The translations under genes were made by a program, and so were the position numbers. A stretch of 60,880 nt of DNA, the filler included, from Porpidia crustulata (taxonomy: Eukaryota), in the NCBI GenBank assembly GCA_964255105.1. It is 3 parts of 3 records of this genome, joined end to end, with 100 filler letters (N's around TTAATTAATTAA, not from the genome) between each part and the next. Parts side by side here need not be neighbours in the genome. Positions count along the whole stretch, not along the records: positions 1 to 20,243 come from CAXUWE010000121.1; 2 more parts are not named here. One strand, given 5' to 3'. The notes beneath the pieces are model-generated. The model saw nothing but the letters and a program-made list of their open reading frames with translations, was not told the DNA's origin and did no database searches. Positions 1-14,100 of this stretch are shown here, in pieces (positions within the stretch are counted from its first letter, which is position 1; each line of letters starts with the position of its first letter).

Positions 1-564
1 GGCGGGTAATTGTTATTGGTGTGCAAATACTCAAAGGGAGAAGGAGATCAAATACTTTATATCGGTACAGTGCAATCTCACGACTCTGGCAATCGTTGAC
101 ATTATCGACTTCTATTGTGCCAACAATTATGGCTTCGGGGTTTTCCTCGGCTTCTGTGATTGAATTTCAAATTGGCTGATGGGAAAGCTGAAGAGCCCGC
201 ACTCAAGTAGCCTTCGGACAAGCTATCATATTTGATCCATAATCATACGTTGAATTGAACTTGGCTATTCAATGTTATCCATTAATTTTCTCTCGCATCG
301 AATACTCTAAAACGTGAATTGTCGTCAAAATGATATCAGAATGATCAAGCATCGAGTCCTGCCTACCCCCCCGAACCTTTTTGAATATCCCAAATTGCTC
401 CGAGAGGTCCCAAGACCCTCAACAGGATAGTCAGGTAACGCCTGGCTTCCTTTCCTACCTCCATACGTAAGATTTCCTTCATGTGTGTACACCACGACTC
501 CAAGTCCATCAGACATGCCCATTTCAATCTCTCGTTGTCAAAAAGCTTGTCATCACAAATTGAG

Positions 565-3500
565 TCATTGCCTGTAACCTTGATCTACCCAACCCGCACT
601 CCAGTCTTCTCCAAAGAGTTGATCCAGATTCATTCCCGGCGTGACGACGCTTGGCCTTCCGGGCTGTTGTGGCCATTGACCGTTGCTGCCATCCGCAGCT
701 GAAACACTGGCTCCTCCAGCCATGTCCAACGGTATGCTCATGTTTTGCATTTCATTCCCTAGCGCATGTCCTTGCATCAAGTAAGGCGGTATTGGTCCGA
801 ATAATTGCCCATCAAGGTTGTCAAACGGTGGACCGGTGGTAGAGTTGGGATCTTGGTTGTACATGTTCGGGTTGTACGGGTATTCCTGCTTGCCAAACTG
901 GTGGCTCTCGAGTGTGGTCATGGGCTGGGTTGGGTACGCGAAAGGGTCAGTGGATGGAAACATCATGGCGGAGAGGTCGAAGAGACCGCTGTTAGCCGTA
1001 TTTGGAAAAATCGAAAAGGTTGACTGTGTCGCACTGGTTGGCAAAGTGCTTGGGCTCTCGGGCGTATTTGTACCCATGCTGGGTGTAGTCATTGGACTGT
1101 AGGTGTCGTGCGAGGCATGACGAAAGCTTGTATCAATGACCTGTTGTCGAAGAGGAGACAAGTCATGCGGGACAGACGATCGTTTCCAACTTTGAGCAGC
1201 AGGATGAGGGGATGTACTAGCTCTCTTTGGTTGACTCTCCGCATTCCTGGCTGGAGGAGATTTCAAAGTCACGTCCGGGGCGCTGCGAGCAGGTTGTATT
1301 TGCACAGTTGGTTTAGTCGAGGATGCTGAGCGCTTTTTCGGGGCATTTGACAGTCCCTGTGCTGGCTTGAGTCGCTCGGTGAGTTGGTCGAAAAGAACCT
1401 AAGATCGCTATAAGCGTCTAAGAATTTCGGTGACCTCCAATTTGGATATACATACCACCAAAACCTTTGAACACCTGTCCGCCGCCATACTTCTCTGCGC
1501 AAGGCTGGCTAAAGTCTCTTTGCCTTCGTGAGCATCTCGTAAGATGTCTTTGCTGGTCGAACTCTGAGGGTTCTCCAGAACGAAAAAGATAAGGGACAGG
1601 ATCGCAAAAAAGGTGGTGTACATGTAGAACCAGTACGACCCAACGAGCAAACCCCTCTTCTTCATCTCTCCTGTAATATGAACAATATTTCTTGACACAC
1701 TTACGCATGCTGCAGCGCAAGCATAAGATCGTTTGTCGACGCCTCTGGCCTTTTCCGTTGGCGAGATGTAGTGCAAGAACGGGCGGTACAAGAACATCTG
1801 TATGTGGGCGTACGCCATCCGGAGAAGCTGCTGAATCCTACAATATGTGTTAGTAACGAGATCATATCCCAATTCAGTGGGAACATGGTACCTTGCAATC
1901 TCTGGAGATGCTTCGCCTCCCGGTCTTAAAGTCATGGGCAAGATCTCGAGCCACTGCTGTAGATCGTGCTCAATCTCCCGGATCTTAGCATGACTGACTA
2001 CATAAGTCTGGTTGGAATTAACTTGCGAATGTTCGCGAGCCTTCATCGGGTAAATATATTTAACCGTCTTTGAGAGGATCTGAACCAATTGAGTGTGGCA
2101 ATTGAAGGCCGTCATTAGAGAAAGCCTCGCAACCGGCATGGGTAGAATCCCTTGAGTCGTTATGTATTCGTCGTCAACTTCAACGGGCATTTCTTGATCA
2201 ATGTCTTTATCACTCAACATCCTAGGAAGGCCAAGCAAAGCGCCAACGTAGATATCCATCTTTCGTACGACCCAGAAAATCCGCTTCCGAGTCTCTAGTT
2301 CTACTGGATCAAATTGTATACTGACGGTACGGTGTAGACCCATCCGTATAGCGGACCTGAGGACTATTCCGATGTGTGAGTAACAAGTACCAAGCCTGGC
2401 AGAGGACTGGAGGAATATAATCATGAGTAGAATTGTTTGCAATGCCGTCAAATCCCTACAATCCGTGACGTCTATCATCTGACGTGAGACCCGAAAATAG
2501 TTGAAGCTGAGTCCAAGTCAGCAGTCTGTCCTCATTTCAATATTTTGATTAATCGATTCACCCTTGATCTATTGCGCTCTCATAGCCTTCGATCTGTAGT
2601 AAACTGGTTTCCCCTTTGGCAAACAAGCAGCCTAATGCTAACATAGAATAGAGAAGAGGTAAGAACCTGTTCTCGTCGTTCCCAAAATGTTCCGGCGCCG
2701 TATCGTAGATGCGGTCAAACATATTGTAGAAGGTAGGCTGATGAACGAAACGCATCAATGCACATGCATCATCAAGAGCGTATTCGCAAAGTTGCCGTGC
2801 ACAATCTCGATTCGGTAAGTCATGGGTGTTCGACAAATTTGAGTCCATTGGCGAATCCAGTATGGATTTGGGTGATTCCAAAGGCTGCAGCAAGGACAAA
2901 GGAGACCTAGATTTCATGAAAGGCATCCTCACCCCTTCAGTCTTGCCCATCAAGTCTCCAAATTGTTCCCGCATTCGCCGAAGGAAGACAAAGCCTGAAG
3001 AATGACCATGAAAATCCCAGTATCCCTCATCATCAATGTCCAGCAGACCTGTGCTTTCGACCATAGATTCTAGTAACGATTCTTTTTCTGCGTCTACGGT
3101 CGGAAAAGTGTTGGCTTGTGGAATTTCTGACGTGATCGCTGGCGTCACTTGGGCGAATTCCAACGGCTTGGTCTCTTGCTTCACGATTGGGTGCGCCTTT
3201 TCCTGCACACCAACCTCATAGTTAGGATCTTCCAGGTCCACGCCCGGGAGCACTTTCTTTAGCAACGCCTCGGCGCGTTGTAGGCGATTTTCCAGGGCCT
3301 CAACGTAGTGAGGAGCGGGATTGCGCCGCCGATTGGAGGGCTGGTCATACGTGCAGTCTGGACAATTGGATCAGCAACCTGGCTCACGATTTCTTGTACT
3401 GATCCAGCCCAAGCATACTGATGTCACGACTGACCATAGCTGTAAACCGTGCAATGAGTACACGGTTGCTTTCCATCACACTTGATCTTTTTCCTGCGAC

Positions 3501-3711
3501 ACTCGTCGCACGCTCTGGTCACGCGCCTACGTTTCTGTACTGGAAGTGAGATTTTCGAGTGCTGAGCGGAAGAGATCGCGTTGCCGTCCATTGTCGGGGA
3601 AGCGAGCGCCTGGCTTGAATGTTGTTGCCATTGACCGTCATGCGGCGATATGGCGGCTTCGTCTTCAAATTCATCTTGCGATGACGAATCAAGACTTTGC
3701 GCCTTTTCCAT
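565..3711 (-). CDS. ASG1: Zn(II)2Cys6 fungal transcription factor with fungal-specific TF middle domain (Asg1/Mut3-like), multi-exon
   Basis: [22 protein letters not shown] in ORF 3424-3711 splices via intron 3358-3434 (GTCAGT..GCTGAT..CAG) to [26 protein letters not shown]. ORFs 2558-3265, 1408-2478 ([13 protein letters not shown]) and 565-1305 are further exons. Ortholog name is by recognition only. Confidence 0.85.
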
Positions 3712-4766
3712 CTAGATGTCTGACGGTATTGGCTTATATTTCGAATGACGTTCTTTCACAACACATCCGAATAATATAGAGAGCCTCGCTTATTCAGGAA
3801 TTCCGACCGACGGATGAAGCAACGAAAGGACTGGATGTAAATGGCGGTTGGATTTTGGATTAATTAGAGTAAATGGGGTGACGTTCGATGACATGAGTAA
3901 AATGCATTTGAGTTTCGAATAACGGACATATGCTTATAGCCGACGTTGCGATTTGAGGCTGATGGCACTCAAGCCACAATTCCAGTCGGCTTTCTGCTGA
4001 TCTTTCTTACATGCCAACGATAAGATGCGAGTTTGAAGATCGATAGCACTACGAGTACGCACGGCGAAATGTCGGCAGTAAGGTAACGTAAGCTATCACC
4101 GCATCCAATATCAACATTCACCAATTAATTGCAAGCTGTAGGAGACTGGTCAGCAATACCGACGTCTGATGTTTGCGCATCTCTTGATCGACGTGACAGA
4201 TGGGCCCCCCTCAAACCACAACAACCACATCGGCTAGAGTACATCGTCTATGATAACGACCTACCTCAGATCACCAGCGTCGTGGTGGCTTACGTGGTAC
4301 ATTAAATGCGGGTGACAATAATAACGAGCGCATAAGTCCCAAAGCAGTCCGGAAACTTGAACCTTGCACCTTGAAACCCCCCGCGAACTGAAGAGATCTA
4401 CAGTCCGACAGAGTGCAGATTGGCCCAACGCCACCAGATTGCTTATTTAATAATCCATAAAGTACTAGCTAGGCATGAATAGCGCGCAAGGAAAGGAGAT
4501 CTAGCTTTGATTGGAAAGTAAGGTAGGGACGGTAGTTGCGTAAGTCATAGTGGCTGAGTCCTTGAGAGTCCAACGGCGCCGCTATCGGATCTTCGTACTC
4601 ATAGGCACTAATGATGTCTGATTGATTAAATTAGGCTTCTTGTAGACTTTCTTGCTCATTTAGAATACAAACATCTTCAACGGCTGCAGCCGGGTAAATG
4701 ATGTGTCTCTAGGGCGGGGTCTCAAAGGATGGAAATCGCGTTTAGTTCTTATGCGTTTGTAACATT

Positions 4767-7134
4767 TTACGACCCACCTCCACGGCTCTGACTCGTGTGA
4801 CTTAAGTCCTGATTCCCCGGTCGAGTCGGCTGCATCTCATGGCTTCCAGCTCTCCTACTGCTGCTATTTCCTCTAAAGCTTGCCCGTCGGTGCGTGTCGT
4901 CGCTCCCTTGTGTTACCTCGCCCCGTTCGATAGATTCCTCTTCGCTACCCCTCCTGTCCGAGACGTTATCGTTCTGACTCGTACCATTGTGGGACGCAGC
5001 GCCCGCTTCCCCGAAATTGCCGCCCACGCTTTCCATGGTGAATGGTGATGCTGTAGGCGCGTCCAGTAGGGCAAGCTCCTCCGTCGTGAAATATTTCGGT
5101 AACATGAAGCTACGGACCGGGACAAGGAGGAGAATAATGATCGGAAATCCTATGGCTGCGATCGTCTGGGTGATCGCAAAGGTGGCGCCGAAGCCGATGA
5201 GTTCGAGTGCTACGAAATACCAGATGGCTTGCTTGCGCTGGATACGAGAAAGTGGATCGGAGGCGAGAGTGAGGTTTCTGTCGCGGCAGAGGTATAACAT
5301 CTTGACAGTAATGCCATTGCCTTCCAAGGCTTGGACGCCCATGATGAAAAAGAGACCTGCAAGGACTCCTTGAGGTATCAGATGCAATACGACCAACAAG
5401 GGTCCGGACATTGTCCCCAGCGTCAGCAGCCCTTGAGCTAGGTTGGAAACACGTTGCTCGACAACATGATCCACCACCCGGGTCGTGTGGCCTTTCGAAG
5501 TGCCAGACTCCGATTCGTTTGATACTTGGCGGGTCACGCAAAGCGAGTTTGTGTGGAATGGCGCCTGTGGGATTAGTCCATTAGGGAACGGAATACCAAG
5601 TAGGCCAGCGATTCCAGTGGTCAATCCAAGGAGGAAGATGTCCCAGTGAAACCCCGCTGGCTTGCGGAGGGGAAACTCAGTGCCTTGTGCGATGAGAGAG
5701 GATACTATAAACCGATCAGCTGTCGCTTTGAGCCAGTGGAAAGCAAGATTTGACAGAACTGGAATTATGGACTGTTCTGAGTAGGAAGTCTTACCGTTGT
5801 GGTCAAAATAGAAGAGAATAGTCAATAGGACGGCAAAAGGTATGGCGATGAAGATGTCACCAATATTGATATCCCAGAAGTGTATGAACCATCCACGATC
5901 CTGGGTCGGGAAAAAGGCCATGCTTGTAGGTAGAGTCTGCAATGCTACACTGTTCATATGCCCAATGTGAATGAATCCGGTGAAGAAAATAATTGTCAAT
6001 GGCGTACCGTAGTCCTCAACAAATTTGCGGATATAGCGTTGGAACAGATTGCTACCGCCAATGAACCCACAGGCATAGCCAGTCATGAGCACAAGGAGCG
6101 AAATCATGATCGAAAGGTATGCCGAGCTTTCACCGGCAAGTCCCCACTGACGAGTCAATACCTGGATACCTTTCTGGAGATAGATGAAAGCAACATAGAA
6201 ACCGAAGATATCGCAGCTGAAGCGAGTCACATATTTGAGACCGTTGCATGCATTCGTGATGGCGAGGGCCCAGTGCATGACCAGCGACCATCTGTAGTGT
6301 TGTCAGCGGTTCCTCTTCCAAAGTTCTCGAGAAACGTACAGTCCGATCCAGCACATGAAGGCAAAATAGTTAGTCCCGCGAGGCGTGATGATATTGTAAA
6401 CTGTGTAGTTGAATACAGTGATTGGACCTGTACCGAGATCAGCTATCGCATTTGCTTAGCTCTCGAAAAGACAATTACCAGTGACACCAACGATGACGAG
6501 CGGTTGAGCGGCGAAGATGGAAAAGACCACAGACCCAAGCACCGAAGCCAGGAGAACCTCGTTGACTCCGAAGCTCATGGCTGTTTTGGAGAACATATCG
6601 AGTGAGAACGCAAGAGCTGGGAGTATGCTGATCAAGCGGTCAGTCACAGGGAGAGGCAAAGCATCAACGCAAACGAGCGAGGTCCGAGGAGCTAGGCAGA
6701 AGGGCTTCTCATGGATGTAACCTAGAGAGGCACAAAGTAACAGCGCCCACGATCCATAGCCTTTCCGCGGCGTACACATGGTCTCACAAAGCGCAAGCAG
6801 ATTCGGGACCGTACTTTGCAAAATACATATAGATAGTAGCGGGCACAACTCGATAGTCCCAAGCGTCTTTCCAATCACTCCAGTAGTACGGCACCCGCCT
6901 CCTAATATCGTTTACCATGCCCCGGAAGAGTCGAACCTTCCACCATCTCTTCTCCTGTCTGCTGGAGCCGTTCATACGAACTTGATCAACTTCGTTGGAT
7001 ACAGAGTCCTGTCCTTCTTGTTGGACACGAGACTGGTTGCGAAGGAATGGCACTTGAATTCTCTGGGGTTTTCTGGCGCCATGGTTCGACGCATGGGGAT
7101 GTGGGCTGGATGGGAGAGAATAGGAGCCATCCAT
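4767..7134 (-). CDS. BOR1: HCO3-/borate anion-exchanger (SLC4/Bor1) family transporter, multi-exon
   Basis: RRVPYYWSDWKDA..PATIYMYFA, ILPALAFSLD, AQPLVIVGVTG, GFHWDIFLLG, NGLIPQAPFHT, VVEQRVSNLAQG motifs across ORFs 6784-7134, 6456-6878 and 4767-6278; many TM segments. Confidence 0.88.
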
Positions 7135-7525
7135 TGATCAGTAGGAGCAGATAATGCGCAAGGAGTCTTCACGTATTTGAAAGGTCGTTTGGGGTGGTGG
7201 AAGGTGGGGCGAGTGCATATCGTCATGGTCGCGGAACTCGGGAAATCGGCTGATGGCGGGGGAGACTAAGCGGTAACGGCAAACAGCTCGTTCCTGGCCT
7301 GGAATCTCGTAGGGTAGATATCGGTGATGTTGGGGGATTCTGAATAAGTCGATATGTCGAATTCTTCCTATGCATCGCCCGGTAGACCTGTGGCTGCGTC
7401 GTGGATCTTCTTTTGATCAGTAAGCGGCCGATTGGACAAAATTCCCCTCCACCAGTCCTAGCTCTTGGCCTTCGATGCGATTTTCTCATGATCTTTGTGG
7501 TGCCAAGGCCAAAAATTCAAGAGAC

Positions 7526-8932
7526 TTATAATCCGCTCACCTCTCGCACAAGTCCTGCACCGACCCACCCTCTTGCAAAGTTTCGTCCGGTGTAGAGTAA
7601 CACGCAAACCCACCAGACACGTCCCACGACGCCGTCATACCATCTTTTCAAGTCGTTGCTCCCCTCGTCCATTCGTAATTGCTTCTGCTGACGCCTTTTC
7701 ACCAAAATCGTTCTCTTGACGATCTCTTCCGCTACCACAGCTAAACCACAACCAGCAAAAAACTTCATTTCTCCCAGAGCGTCCGCCGATACACCACCCA
7801 CAACGGTATAGGCCGCAAAGGAGTGAACAAAAGCTGAACTGATGAATCCGCCGAATACCTTTCCCACATCGCCTGGCTGGTCACTTGTCTTTCCCGTCAA
7901 CTTCCGTTCAATGAACTCGCCAGGCCAGACACCGTAGACTAGAAACAGTCTCGAGAAGAGACGATGCCACCCATAGCTCCAAAAATCGCGGACGGAAGAC
8001 AACTCCCATATCCGTAAGGTATACAGTGGTGGGAAATAAGACAACGGATGGGGTGCAAGGGGTGCAAGTAGAACAGCGAACATGCTATGGCCGAGAGAGA
8101 ATGCGGACATTAGAAAGCCGCCAAGAGCGGCGGTGAGGCTGAACTGGATGTGCCAAGGGAGTTCATCGAAACTGGATGTGGATGGCGTATCAGGGTGGAG
8201 GTACGACATGTAGATATATCGTATGATGATCCACGACCCACTTAATACCGGCAAAACATATAAAAAGATGCTGTAAACCCGATCCTTGACGGAAGGGCTC
8301 CAAGTTTTCTTCGTATGCCTTACATCGGCACTTGACCAGGTAAAGCCTGCACCTCTCATGCTCAATTCCAGTTCAATCGCCCAGCTCGCGCGATCCGACC
8401 AAGAATGCGGCCATCCACTTTCCGTAGTCGCAGTCTCCGTAACAGGAGCATGCTTCGGCTGTAGAAAGTGCAAGCTAAAGTATGAATTCGAGCGAGATCG
8501 AGTATGGACCTCATTGGGAGATTCGTCCCGTGGCGCTTGATGGTACTTTACGCGGCGAGGGATATGATTGAAAAGGTACGGACTGATAAAAAAAGCATCA
8601 AGTACCCGGCAGCCGCCGTAGAGCCCAACGAGAGCTAGCTGGTAGGTGAGGCCAATGGAAAACGGAACATAAAAGGCGAGGGGGAGACGGAAAAACAGGA
8701 AACCAGCCGTCAGCGCAAGCAAAGAGCGAGCAACTGCAATGATGTCGTTGTGTTTCTGACCGGGAAAGGGGGGAAGTAGAAGCAGGGCGAGATAGTAGAT
8801 TAATGGGGGAAGGACCGCAGCGACGGGAGTGAGCGGAATGGTACCATGAAGGGGTTTCAGATCGGGGCGTTGCGTGGAAGGGTCCCACAGTGCAGCGATA
8901 AAATAGGGAAAGGGGCCTTGCTTCAACTCCAT
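7526..8932 (-). CDS. Membrane-bound O-acyltransferase (MBOAT_2 / wax-synthase-like) protein
   Basis: 468-aa hydrophobic ORF with FPPLY..SSVRDFWSYGWHRLF and FISSAFVH (candidate catalytic His) motifs typical of MBOAT_2. Confidence 0.8.
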   Translation of the reverse strand: MELKQGPFPYFIAALWDPSTQRPDLKPLHGTIPLTPVAAVLPPLIYYLALLLLPPFPGQKHNDIIAVARSLLALTAGFLFFRLPLAFYVPFSIGLTYQLALVGLYGGCRVLDAFFISPYLFNHIPRRVKYHQAPRDESPNEVHTRSRSNSYFSLHFLQPKHAPVTETATTESGWPHSWSDRASWAIELELSMRGAGFTWSSADVRHTKKTWSPSVKDRVYSIFLYVLPVLSGSWIIIRYIYMSYLHPDTPSTSSFDELPWHIQFSLTAALGGFLMSAFSLGHSMFAVLLAPLAPHPLSYFPPLYTLRIWELSSVRDFWSYGWHRLFSRLFLVYGVWPGEFIERKLTGKTSDQPGDVGKVFGGFISSAFVHSFAAYTVVGGVSADALGEMKFFAGCGLAVVAEEIVKRTILVKRRQQKQLRMDEGSNDLKRWYDGVVGRVWWVCVLLYTGRNFARGWVGAGLVREVSGL

Positions 8933-9370
8933 GGAATGTGTGTCAGGGAATCAATCAAGGCCTGTTGGGTGAAATGGGAACGACCATTCGAGTGTCAAGG
9001 TCGGGCTTTTATGTGCTTCGCCAAATCCTGCGTCAAAACAAGCGAAGTGGGCGGTAGGGCGGAAGGAGCGTGCATGTGTGCATGTCTACCGATTCCCTGG
9101 TAGACATCACTGTAGTGATATTCATAAAATTCAAAAATTCTGCTCGATATTCGTATTCATGAACAACATTTATATCTATGTTTGTATTCATGCCTATTGT
9201 TCGGATATCATTAAATTAAAAATATTTGTCAAGACCAAACCTTTCCTAAAATCCCCCAACAACCCCTGTTAGGACTTAGCGCGGTGAGCATCGGCCCGAT
9301 TGGTCTGAAAGGGTGCTAAGCCCAATTGTGACTAGCTTCGCTAATCTCCCCACCACGGTAAATAGCACTA

Positions 9371-9570
9371 CCCATTTCCTTTTTCCTTCGTTAGCATTAA
9401 TATCTCCGTTGATAGCACCTAGATAGCAATTTACCCCTATTTGCTGTGGGTACATGTCCTCGGCGGGACTTCTTGGAAACGCCCCTAAAATTGTATTAAT
9501 GCTCCGTCGTTCACCAGCGATGTAAAATCTACACGCTCCCAAGGCATTGGAGTTGAATATCCTGCTCCCA
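9371..9570. repeat. Left arm of a diverged ~200-bp inverted repeat (partner 14842-15053)
   Basis: Reverse complement reads ggagcaggatattcaactccaatgccttgggagc..agattttacatcgctggtgaacgacggagcattaatacaattttaggggcgtttccaagaagtcccgcc..atcaacggagatattaatgc..aaggaaatggg, colinear with 14842-15053. Confidence 0.85.
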
Positions 9571-10840
9571 AGGAAGTACTCGAAGAGTCTTCCTACTCCA
9601 TCACTATCGGAAGTGGAGTGAATCACAAGGCTACTCACTCATCAATTCCTTCCAAGGAGGCACTCGAAGAATCTTCCTATTCACTTCATTTGTGTCTTGC
9701 AACGGCACGAATGGTCCGAGATTCTTTCCTTAGTAGGAAAGAACTAAACACGAGGAGGGATTGTGAGAGGGCTCTGGTGCCTGTTCTACTATCGAATTGA
9801 AAAGCAAACAGCGCTCCTCCGTGCTATAAGATGTATTCAAAAGCAAAAAATGGCAACTACGGCCTCTGGGCATTCTGAAAATCGCTAAAGTCAATGAGCT
9901 TGAATAGTACGGCTTGCGTCGTAATACATGGCATAGACGGACTGTGTGTGGGAACGGAGCATTGGCGCAAACTCGCCGCGACGTACGACAATTTCAACAT
10001 CATCATTGTAATTCGAGAGACCGCGAAACGACTGAAGAGACGATCAGAGTTTATTCAAGTTCAAGATAATTGATTAGAATTGCACGATTTTTTCGGAGTC
10101 AAGATTTCTTTAAGAACGATACTGAATGATACTTCGCAAGATTCTGTACTTTTTTTCATTTACAAGATATGAACAGACGAAGACGATGCGCGAGGCATTC
10201 TGAGAGCTGCAGACATCGAGATTTGTAATTCGAATGTTCGAAATGATCGCAATGCAATCTTGTGACACTGACTACGATTAAAAAATATGATATTTGTCTT
10301 CGCTGCGTGCTGCTTCGCTCGACTTGGCTATGTTCTACTTTGCTCAGCTTCGTTATACTTTCATAGACTATGTTGAACAGGCAGGGTGACTGTCGTAGTA
10401 TTGCTACTGAATTACGTACAGAACTAGAAGGTTGAGTGGCCAGGTGGTCACATAAGACAGGGGTAGGGCAAAGCCCTATCACTAGATCCAATCCATCCAT
10501 TCACACCGACTAGATAATGAGGAGGTTAGGCCTTCGTCTTACCGCACTTTCCAACAGACTAGATCATTTAACATTTTTTAATATTGCTGTGATCTCATTC
10601 AAATAGCAATGCTAATGTCGTCGAAGGCTTCATCGAGTTTTTAGCTTGATTCTCGACGTCAGAAGGTATATCCGATAGCAATATATCTACAGCGCTCAAT
10701 CTTCAAGTATTGCTATCATCTTTCGGCTTCTATTTGATTCATTTTCATAACTGCTTTTTTTCGTAATGTCAGTAATAATCTTATATCATTCACAAATTTG
10801 AAAACCTAAATCGCGTTCACACCTCATGCGCCCACGCCTC

Positions 10841-10886
10841 GCCTCACCTCACCTCACCTCACCTCACCTCACCTCACCTCACCTCA
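10841..10886 (+). repeat. (CCTCA)n pentanucleotide microsatellite
   Basis: About 9 perfect tandem CCTCA units read directly. Confidence 0.95.
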
Positions 10887-11143
10887 TCCATTCATTCTCT
10901 TGTAATCTACTTATCTTCTTACTGCTGATACCTGTGGATAACTGCTATACCCACTGACTGACAGTAGCAACTTGACAACAGCAGCACATTTTCTCAAATA
11001 TTAAACACTCAAGGGAAGTGCTTGATCTTGCCTTCGCAATAGCAGCACTAATATGTAACATCTAGGTGAAGCCTTCGTCGGGTAACGACGTCGTCGCAAC
11101 AGTCGGCTCACTCCTGACTTCCACTTTATCATTCAAACATAAC

Positions 11144-14100
11144 ATGACCACTGTGACTACTATGTCGTCTAGTCGAAATGTGTGGCAAGATTGGAATTCT
11201 TTGTGGGTCCATCTTGGTTTTGAATCCCTGAAAGAGCTTGAGGATTTCATACAAAGGGAGAACTTCGCGCCTTTCTTTGAGGAATTGAGCGATGCTGTTA
11301 TAGTACCGGATTAAAAGGAGGTAGCTAGAACTGGTAAGCTACGTAAACGAGGCCTGAACTTGAGAGAGGTGGAAAGGGCAATCATACAAGGAAAAAAACA
11401 TGGCATGGCGAGGTACTCTAGGTACCGCGTTAACAAGAAAGAGTGGAATACCACCGACCACTATGCACATTACGTGTACTCGGTGAAGGCTGCAAACGAA
11501 AAGTCCGCAGATGGTATTTTCTACGGAAAGGCTTTATCGGACAAGGACATGAGTCAGAGATGTTGGTGGTTGCAATTGCATTTGGCTTACGGTTTAGCCC
11601 CACCGCGCCTGGAGCATTCAAGAGGCAGTAAACTCGCGTTGTCAGCAGAGAAATAGACAAGCCTCCTAAATTCCATTGCAACTACATCTGCCGTCTCCGA
11701 CACTGCCGCTCCTCAAATCGGCGCCTCAGAGTCTTATACTGCGATGATCAAGAAGCAAAGCAGTATCTTTGACAGTCCCTTTGAAAATCCATTCGGCGAC
11801 TGTCCCTTTGAATCCTCTCGTACCGACAACCCGACCAACGAAGCCTGCACCGGGCCCTTACCGGGAAACGAAGAGGATGATGATCCTGATCCTGACGTTG
11901 GTCTTACCAATGCGCAAAGGATGTTTCAAGAGCGCAGCAGTCCGACACTCAATCTAATTGATAGATCGTGGAAATATGCATTGATAATGAAGCTTCTGCA
12001 GCATGTTCGGACTGATACTGTCGTGGAGCTTGACCGCATGTATGCAGATGATCGCTTGACCAACGCTCAGTCCATCGAATGGGAGCAGGAAATTCGACAG
12101 ACGTCGGAGAGTGACAGAATCGGCATTGTGCAATTCACTGACGAATGCGCCGCCGAGTACGACATGCAGCAAGGCTGGATGGATTCTCTCGATCTACAGC
12201 GAGAGGATCATGAGGCAGCCTGCACCTTGCTAGGCATTATCAACCCATCTGTCCCCCGCATACTAGGAATGCGACTCTCCAAAAAATTGACATTTTGGCA
12301 ACCCGTTGCCATAAAGGCTATTTGTGACTGGGCGAAATCCCCATATCTTCGGGGTGGAATCATTGCAGATGTTGTTGGTCTGGGGAAAACATGGATGGTC
12401 ATAGAATTTGTTCTTCATGTAAGCTATCAGATACTCGTCTGTTGAAGGCTTTACCAACGCTGATAATCATCAGTTATGGAATGTGCGTCAGGCTACGCCA
12501 CATCACAAGAGAGCCGCGGCTAAGCCCATTCTTATTGCGGTACCCGGAGGACTTATTCAACAGTGGATAGATGAGGTTAAGGCTGTTGCTCCGGGTCTCA
12601 AGGTCTTCAAGTACCACGGGGAGCCAAGGGTCAAGTCGACCGGGGACTGGGAGATCCTTAGCAAGTTGGATTCTGATCATCCTCTTTTTCAGGAATGGGA
12701 TGAGTGTGCTCGATCGATCATCTTCACCACTCTGGAAACACTAGGAGTACGCCATGGCCCTAGGGCTTTGGCAGCATATCTCCGGAAAGAACAAGGATTG
12801 TCGAAAAAGCAGGCCGAAGAAGCAATGAATAGGTACCAAAATTTTCCCGGGAGCCTGAGGAATCTATTTCAGCTAGTCGTTCTCGATGAAGCTCACTCCG
12901 TCAAGAATATGTATACAGAAGCCAACATAAGTCTGCACTAGCTTGATCCACCCTTTTACCTGTTCTTGACAGCTACACCCATGCCTGCGGGAGCGAACGA
13001 CTTCGCGGGGTACATGAAATTGCTCGAGCGGCCTAATCTGAACCTTCACAACGAACAGAACCTTAGAACCATGGATGTTGAGGAATGGGTCAACCCGTAT
13101 AGATTAAATGATCATCATCCCGCGGCCAAACTTCGTCTTACCAGAAAAGCTGCGAAGGATTTTATCTTCAACAGTGCAGTCGCTCCTCAAATCAAAGGGG
13201 ATTAAGTTCGTCAAATCTGGAAGGAATGCCTTCTTCGGAGAACGTACACCTCCGCCATGCCATTTAATAGCGGTGTCACAATTGGATCTTCGATGCCACG
13301 AATTAACGCCTCGGTTGTAAACTGTCAGTTCTTAGACCACGAAGCCGAGTTCTATAAAACCCGTGTCGAAGCCATGATTTCAACTCTGGTTATTAAAAAC
13401 CGCAAGACTCAGCAACTGCAATAAAATTTTGGAGTCCTGAGGAAGATTACCCTAGCGTGTATGTGGGGGGGCTTCGTCTTTGAAGTCCTGGTTAGCAAAT
13501 CCTAACTACATCTACGATTGGCTAGTCATGTCTCAACGAGCATTGGAGCAGCCTGCACCGGCCTCTTCGAAGGATAAGCCATTGCTGTTGGAGCTTCTCT
13601 TTGAAGGATCCCCCAAATTGAGAGCATTGTTCTCAAAAGTTATCGACATTGTTGTCCGAGATGAGCAAAAGGTCATAATCTTTTGCGTATATCCTGCCAC
13701 CGAGCTCCTCATTCATGAAGCGCTGAAGTTACTCAACATCGATTCTATTCTTTACTCCTCCCAGATGAGAGCGGACGAGACGGACCGTGCGGTTCAGCGA
13801 TTCAATGAATATTTAAAATCGGATTACGTGTTTATTACCTCGTACAATAAGGGCGGTTACGGCATGAACCTACAGCATAGATGCTGCAATGTTCTTATGG
13901 TGGAGCCTCCACCATCCGAAGCGGCGGCGGTGCAGGCCGCAGGCCGTGCAAGACGCATGGGAAATCCGTTCAGAGTGGTCAACGTTTACGAGTTCTTTCT
14001 GAAAGACTCCTTCAACTCCAAGCAGACAGCCCGTAACAGGCAGAAGGCTCTTCCAAGCCTCGTTGCGGAGCTTAATCGACAGATGTTCTCCGGAGAGAAT

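Noticed and set aside
7526..8932. MBOAT acyltransferase as the acetyltransferase of the PKS cluster
   Set aside because: It is on a different contig across an artificial gap, ~16 kb from the cluster, among ordinary genes.
9276..9638. 120-aa ORF over the left inverted arm as a gene
   Set aside because: The homologous right arm has frameshifts and stops, and there are no recognisable motifs.
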